DNA from: the human T2T-CHM13v2.0 reference genome, Homo sapiens
DNA length: 64,000 nt
Reading direction: 5' to 3' (one strand)
Assembly: GCF_009914755.1 (NCBI RefSeq)
Contig: NC_060930.1
The notes under the pieces were generated by a model. It made no database searches, was not told the origin of the DNA, and saw nothing but the letters and a program-made list of their open reading frames with translations. How positions within the stretch are numbered: position 1 is the first letter of the stretch; the number at the start of each line of letters is the position of its first letter. Positions 57,235-64,000 of the stretch are shown in pieces. The position numbers and the translations under genes are program-made.

Positions 57235-57315
57235 TTCCTTCCTTCCTTCCTTCCTTCCTTCCTTCCTTCCTTCCTTCCTTCCTTCCTTCCCTCCTTCCTT
57301 CCTTCCTTCCCTCCC
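57235..57315. repeat. (TTCC)14-CTCC-(TTCC)4 microsatellite (GGAA on minus strand)
   Basis: Read directly from the sequence. Confidence 0.97.
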
Positions 57316-57316
57316 T

Positions 57317-57451
57317 GTACTCTGTTAGAGGTAAACTGCTGCACTTTTTATTTACAATCCCTCTTTCCTCCAAAATATTTGAGGCAGCTTATAAAAAACA
57401 GATATTCTAAAACTATTTAAGCAAGGGCAAATGATGTGATTATGAGCTTTG
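57317..57451 (+). repeat. Local duplication, copy 2 (partner 53542-53677)
   Basis: Same shared sequence as copy 1; begins immediately after the TTCC run. Confidence 0.9.
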
Positions 57452-58866
57452 AGTGTTTTGTATTTATTTATTCTTTTCTCCTTCTTTTGTACGTTTTTCT
57501 TCATTCTCTATATTTATTATGATTATAAAAAACAATTTAGAGCAGCAATTTTATTTTAGCTTTGTCTATTGTATTCCTTCTTCCTTAAAATTGATTAATA
57601 TGTTTCATAATATTCTTGCTTTGGACATCAATTTTACTTAATGCTTGATGCTTCTATTAAAACATATTTCCATTTTCTTTTTTTAAATTGAAATGATCTT
57701 CTTCTTACCTATTTCTATAGCATAATGCAATGCATTTATGGAGATGTTTTTTTCTTCCTGTGCTATGCTTTTTTCATACATGTTTTTTCTTGACTTGTGC
57801 ATATTTTATGCTATTTTTTACTTACCAGTTATTTATTGATTTTTTCCCCCTATAATGTCTTTCAATTGTTGGCACTCAGATTGTTTTAGCATTGCTTATA
57901 CTTAATGTGAATTATTTGGCAGAGGTAATCTGATTTCCTAATTTTGCTGATAAAATGAAAAAAAAAGTTTTTTATTTCTTTTCCACCATGATTGCTATCT
58001 ACTTTTGTTGCTTTGAGCTACAAGTTGAGAGTATGGGAGATGAAAAGGTGATAAGCTAAGGTTGTGTTGAACATCTTAAATCATGATTTTCTGTAGACAT
58101 TAAGGTTTGCATATTGTTCCCACAGTGAACCCCTGCAAACTTAACTATCCTCATTTTTTCTTAATTTCCTCCTTTCCACTCTCCCTCCCAGGAACTACTT
58201 TCACTTTTTTTCAGTTAGAAAAAAAAAATACAAGAGTACAATTTCAATTTGCTTCTTCAAAGTTTGGCAGTCAGTGAAAATCATTCGTATATTATCAACT
58301 CAGCATTATTACTTTTAGAATGCTGGTGAAAGTTTAGAAGCCAGTTATGTTGCCCACACTGCTCTGCTCTATTCTAGAATCTTCTGTTGCTTCATTTTGG
58401 TTTCTTTGCTTGTTAATAATGTTTTATAGTTTCAGTTGTGCAGCACTCCTTTTTCATTGCTGCTGATCATGATTTATTTTATTCTGAAATTTATTTATTT
58501 GTTCATTTGTGAAGGCATAATGGAAAATGTAAATGATGTGATCTGATGTGGCTTCATTCTTCCATTTGCTATCTTTACCCAAACTTTCAACAATCAGGTT
58601 TTACTTTATTATTTACAAACTTATCTAAGGATGTATTTATTTTAAAAATTTCACTTAAGAGCCCTTAGACAAGTCCTATAATTTATTACCTGCTGAATAA
58701 AGTAATTTTTCTTTTTTATCTCATATGACACTGTTTAATGTAAACTACATTTTTATATTCAGGGAGTATTGTGTGTGCGTTCATTCTGTCTATGTTTTTT
58801 TGTTTTGCTGAATTTGATCATGGACCCTCCTATTTCATTTTAATAGCTACCCCTTTTCATTTGCTA

Positions 58867-59167
58867 CTTTCATATGCTGATTTCATATCATGCTTCATAT
58901 TCTTATGTTGTAAAGGTTTTTCCATTATCAGTGAAGTAATGGAAATTAAAATGCTGTATAGAGACAAGAGATGAGATTTTATTTAATTAAGCAAAAGTAA
59001 CAATCCAGACTGCACATTGAAAGGCAGAGGGTGGGGGAGAATATTATGGGAAGCCCTAATAGATAAGAGGAATGCTAAGGGTTGATTTAAGAAGGAAAAA
59101 TAAACAAAGTTAAAGTCAGAATGTTTATTTTGAATGGCATTAGTAAATGGGGAAAATTGGTGGAACC
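58867..59167 (+). repeat. Local duplication, copy 1 (partner 60854-61173), with 5' micro-inversion
   Basis: cattatcagtgaagtaat...tattatgggaagccctaatagataagaggaatgctaa...aaggaaaaataaacaaagttaa is present twice. Confidence 0.93.
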
Positions 59168-59869
59168 GATTCTTTGTTATTACGTGACTCATAAAAAATA
59201 TTAGGTTGCCTTGATTTCTGCTTCTTACCTTGTGGCCTTGGTTTGGTTTATACACCCTCATTGTCAGCACTGGCTCTCTATAATAAGCATAACCATTACA
59301 GGTGGCCATAGTTGGGATCTGAGCTTTTCTATAGCATCTTTAGTTCTGCACAGCAAGGGCCACTAGGGAAAGGGCAGAGAAGGGTGGAGAGGATGTCTAT
59401 AGGTAGCAAAGATACTTTGAGTTTGGAGAATAATAATTATGGAATTGTGGCATGTACGTTACTTGTGCTTTTTCCTTTGTTTTTCTGATGCCTAAGGTGG
59501 TTGAACACAAGTTTTTCCTGTTGCGTAGCTGGTTACATTTTCCACTGAGCCTTGCAGCTCTTGTTTTTGAGAGAAAAAAAGCACTAGGAAATATGCAAAA
59601 TCTCCTTGAGTGAATAATGTGAATTGTAGAAAGGATCCATTGACTTCCTTCTCAGCAGTGATTTTCTATCTGAGTGGCTGCTGGATAGTTAGTGCATAAA
59701 GCTATGTTGGTGCTGGCTGGGTGCAAATTGCCTTCATCTGAAGATGCCTGCTTTGTACCATTACCTGCCTACAGCAAAACAGAGCCCCTCCAGTAGAGAA
59801 GTCTCTTTAACCAAATATCAAACAAATTAACCTTTTAGTGTGCTCCTAGGAGCCTCTCAAGAGAAGGAA

Positions 59870-60560
59870 CACTTCAGTGACATCACTGATGGCAAAGGTT
59901 AGCCTAAAAGTAAAATGAAATCATCTGGCCAGGCAGGCCCTGCGGGAGAATCAAGCTTTGTAATTAGATTGAAGGCTCCTAGGAAACGAAGCTCTGTTGC
60001 AGGAAGAGCATTTGCAGAAGCTAATTGGGGTAAGCTTTTGCATCAGTGTCGGTGCAACGCATCACTTACAGCCTTGAAAATAGCTGTAATGGTGTATGAT
60101 GATTGAGTCATTCCCTAATTTTAGCAACCTAGGCTGAACATGAATTACATGACGAATGTGCGCTTGAGTTTGTCCTACCTGAGACTTCGGACTCCGGGAA
60201 GATTGCCGTACACGTACTGGCTAATGTGACGACTGTTTTCTGGGAGTTGCTGATTGCGACAGCTTTGTGCAAGCAGAGCCTGAGAGTTTTGCTCTGTTGG
60301 CTCTGCCCATTTACCTTCATTCTAACCTCCATTCTTACCTTGTCATCTGGTGGATGTCTCCCTGCCTTTACCCTACTTTTTTTTTTCCCCCAAAGTGTGG
60401 AATCTGTAACTGAACCCAGTAATTGTTCTAAATTATTTCTGTGGTGAATTAGCAAAACAAGAAATCTAGTTACTAAGCGAATAAGGTGAGGTCACCATCC
60501 TCCTTGCTGTAGTGACTCAAACCAGATACAAACTGAGGTTGGAGAAGTAAAAACGTGAGC
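59870..60560. promoter_or_regulatory. Candidate enhancer/promoter-like element
   Basis: Non-repetitive; 8 CpGs in 60150-60260; AP-1 sites at 60104 and 60513; TAATT homeobox cores. Motif-level evidence only. Confidence 0.4.
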
Positions 60561-60759
60561 AGAGAAGTAATATTATTTGGTCTTGCATGTGTCTAACCTT
60601 CTCCCTAGATAATCACCTTAACTTTGATATACATAGTGGAGTTCTCTTCTGGCACTTTCAAGGATACACCAACCTGAACACTTTATCTTTCACGATTTCC
60701 TTTGGTTTTATGTGGTTTTCAGTCTTTGAGTGACAACAGAATATCAAGGCAAGTCAGCT

Positions 60760-60905
60760 CCCGGGACCCACCATCTGTGTGACAAAGGCATAGTACTTAA
60801 ACTCTCTGAGCCTCCCATTCCTCATGCATAAATGAGAATAGTGGAAGAGCTAGTAAGAGTATGAAGCATGGTATGAAATCATGCATGAAGCTTTATGTTG
60901 TAAAG
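60760..60905 (+). mobile_element. MIR SINE relic
   Basis: tgtgacaaaggcatagtacttaaactctctgagcctc...ttcctcat...taaatg core. Confidence 0.65.
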
Positions 60906-61173
60906 CTGTGTTGTATGTGGCAAAAATTTTTACATTATCAGTGAAGTAATAGATACTAAAATGTTGTATAGAGACAAGAGATGAGGTTTTATCTAATTAA
61001 GCACAAATGATCTAGACTATACATTAAAAGGCAGAGGGTGGGGGAGAGTATTATGGGAAGCCCTAATAGATAAGAGGAATGCTAACGGTTGATTTAAGAA
61101 GGAAAAATAAACAAAGTTAAGGTCAGACTCTTTATTTTGAATGCTATTAATAAGTAAAGAAATTGATGGAATC
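60854..61173 (+). repeat. Local duplication, copy 2 (probable source)
   Basis: Same shared sequence as copy 1; contiguous with the upstream MIR. Confidence 0.93.
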
Positions 61174-61279
61174 AGGTAGAAGCACATAATCAGCTTTCAT
61201 AAGCATTAGCTAGGATTTTTGGCCAAAACATAAGGGTGAAGGTATGTGAGAGTTGTTCTTTATTTTGGTAGTCATAACT

Positions 61280-61425
61280 AACAAAAACAGCTAACATTTT
61301 TTAACGCTTACTGTACGTCAAGTACTACACGGAGCACATGATGTGGTGATGACATTAAAAACTCACCCCAACCTGCTCTATGCTCATTGCACAGATTAGG
61401 AAACGGAAGCATCTGAGTAACATAG
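61280..61425 (-). mobile_element. MIR SINE relic
   Basis: acagctaacattt...gcttactgtacgtcaagtact...cattgcacagattaggaaacggaagc. Confidence 0.65.
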
Positions 61426-63084
61426 TGAAGATACTAATGCAATAAATAATTGTTCATCAAAGAATCACAGAAAGAAGCACTTGGAGCTGGCTCATCTCAG
61501 GGAAATGCACGTAGTGATAATGAGTCATCCATTTTCAATGCATCACTATAGCTCTCCCAAACCAAAACCCTCCTCTTGAGCTCACACTAAATCTGTTTAT
61601 TTCTCATATCTAGATTGCTTTTACATTCTGCACCAGCTAATCTCTGGTCCTATTTCAAATCAGAATCTGGATATTATTTACCATCTGCCTCTAAGGGATG
61701 CACTTGCCAAGTCCCTTAATTTGCTATAATTGGCAGGTTTTCAGTGTACATAATTTATATCAAAAAAAGCTACCCTGAAAAAGAAGATTAATTAAACCAT
61801 TTCTTCTGGGTCCCTAAAAGTGCAGTGGTTTCCAGGAGGATGGCTTTAAGGCCTTAAGGTCTTCTGTGTGTATATGCTGTCACAGCTGAGCACATTAAAA
61901 ATGTATGTTGGGTTGCTCCCTGGTGCCTCTGAGCTGGTCAGAAAGATGTCATTGGCACCTGGGTAACATCACAAATACTCACTGAATTAAGCAGCTCACA
62001 TTTGCATTTGAGTCTTTTGTTCCAAGCTTCGCAGACACTGGAAACTACTAGACTGCAGTATAATTTATGGATACCTCAGTGTTGACAATTCTGTCACTGA
62101 TATGATAGGAAACACTAGAAAAAAATACACCCAGATGTACAGAATTCTAAATAGAGTAAGTGAGAGACCGTAACCTGATTCAGACAAGCAGCACATGTGG
62201 CTAGGAAATAGACCATTTACAGTTTTTCCCCCTTTTTGCCCTTTTTCAGTCATTCGCTAGGCTCATGGTCCAATGTGGAACATCCCCTAGGCTTTGTGGA
62301 GGCATTCTGGTCCTTCACAGCTTCTGGATAATATAATGCTTCCTTGTGAGTTTATTTCTTAATCCATGCCTATCTAAACTTGGCAGATTGATTCTCCATT
62401 CTAAAAATGGGAACTTCTGTGTTTTCTATCTTTTTCTAGAGGTTTTTTTTTTTTTTTTTTGAATTACCAGCCTTCAGGGGAATTACACAGCGTAGCACAG
62501 GAATGAATGTGAAGTTGCCACATATTTTTCTTTATTTTCCTGGAATGCCCATCTTCACATCCATGGCCAGTTTTTCCTACTTAGCTTCCAAATCTTAACT
62601 CAAATGCTGCCATGCTTGCCTTGCCCCATCCTGACCTCAAGGTGGCCTCCTCTGTGCTTCAGAAACTATATCTGAAGCTTAAGAAATAAGTAAAAAATGT
62701 GGACAGCCTCCATTCATTGTCTTTTTGAAAGAAGGCCAGCTACAGATTAACTAATATACTTAGGTTACCTCACTGTTTACTATTAATTACAAATTCCAGA
62801 CTTTGTAGCATTCGCTGTTGACTTGTAGCTTTTTGCATGGTGGAGCTGCAAATAATTTCTGCCAGGTGGAGCAGATAACTCCAAAGGTTTATGGTCCTGT
62901 TGGACATGAGCCACTTTTTAAATCTACCCATCAATCTCATTCTAAGATGGTCTCTGTCCAGCTTATAAAACAACTTTTGATCTGGTCATAACATCTTATT
63001 AATTAATGAGTTAAATAAAACATGCTCATATTACGTGAGGGTGGGAGTCACAGGTTTGAACTCCAGTAGAGTATAGCACTCTCC

Positions 63085-63240
63085 ACATTCTCCCAGATTG
63101 AGTTGTCTCCCTTTGCCACTAAATAAAAGCCTCATGAAGACAGGGACCTTGCGTTGCATGACTTTGGACACTCAGTACTTAGTACCATGTCTGATGCCTG
63201 CGTCACTCAATAAGAATGTGTACTATGACTAAATGATTAT
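63085..63240 (+). mobile_element. L2 3' end
   Basis: tgtctccc...cacta...aagcctcatgaagacagggacct...cagtacttagtac...cactcaataa. Confidence 0.6.
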
Positions 63241-64000
63241 GTAATTTAATTCTAACCCAATTGGACTCTGCAGCAGTGCTCCAGGTCAGTGCAAGGATGC
63301 TCTATTGCTCAAAGAACAGCTTCTATTTTAGGATAACTTAGATGTGGAGTCAGAAATGTTATGATAGTCTTTTCTACGACTTGATGACTCTATGTAGTGG
63401 CCTTAGTCTTAATCCTTCTTTATTAGTCTTTTGCTTTGCACTGCCTTTGGATTAAGAATAGACAAAGTTATTCAATATTCAATATCCACCTAAGCCAGGA
63501 CACTTTGCAAGGGCAAACAGAAGTTTGAAAGACAGTTTTACTTGTCTTTTTTTTTTTTCAGTGTTGTGCCTAGTTGCTGTGGCTAGCTGAAAACATAAGG
63601 GAAATCTTTCTCTTTTATTAAGGATACTTTGACCCTTTGAGAGAAAAACAAATTCTAAGTAAAGCAGTTCCATGTCTAAACTGATGTTATCAGCCGCTAC
63701 TGTATGACATTAGGCTGTAAAAGTATTTACCTAAAAAAGTCAATAAACATGCAATTCACTATTATTTGTGTTGAATTATAGATCTGGAGGATCAAACCAG
63801 AATCAAAAGGAGTATACAAATTATCTATAAGATTATATGTGTGTATGTATATGCATATATATCTTTATACATATAACCTCAAATATCTAAAGGCAATTTC
63901 TGTGCATCACCTTCTTGTCCTTTTCTTTTTCTTATATACACTACTACAATAATGCATTTCCCATCAAAGTACTATTTTAAAAGTCTGCTTTTCATTTTGT

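Larger units (their letters stand above)
56800..58500 (-). mobile_element. Very old L1M-like antisense relic
   Basis: T-rich sequence similar in character to the L1M 5' region at 36480-36640 and 38870-39300. Boundaries are uncertain. Confidence 0.45.

Overview
This window is primate genomic DNA, most likely human or great ape, judged by AluY/AluS, LTR12C and THE1D elements. It is AT-rich, non-coding and dense in transposable elements. I found no supportable protein-coding exon, tRNA, rRNA or CRISPR array. The supplied ORFs read through Alu, L1, LTR or microsatellite sequence, or are chance frames. The main elements are a solo LTR12C (ERV9) with intact 4-bp TSDs, a full-length THE1D, a long old L1M carrying nested MER6B, MER46C and a younger L1PA, seven Alus, several MaLR/ERVL LTRs, DNA-transposon MITEs, and MIR/L2/CR1 relics. 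Five structures are not explained by plain repeat annotation: (1) an L1PA with an apparent ~200-bp 3' transduction; (2) a chimeric poly(A)-tailed insert flanked by a ~125-bp duplication; (3) a ~250-bp local duplication with a junction micro-inversion, bracketing a CpG/AP-1-rich candidate regulatory element; (4) a second ~135-bp local duplication; (5) an unassigned hairpin with 58-bp arms. Repeat subfamily names come from recalled consensus sequences, not a database search. I see no convincing evidence of a wholly new biological system.
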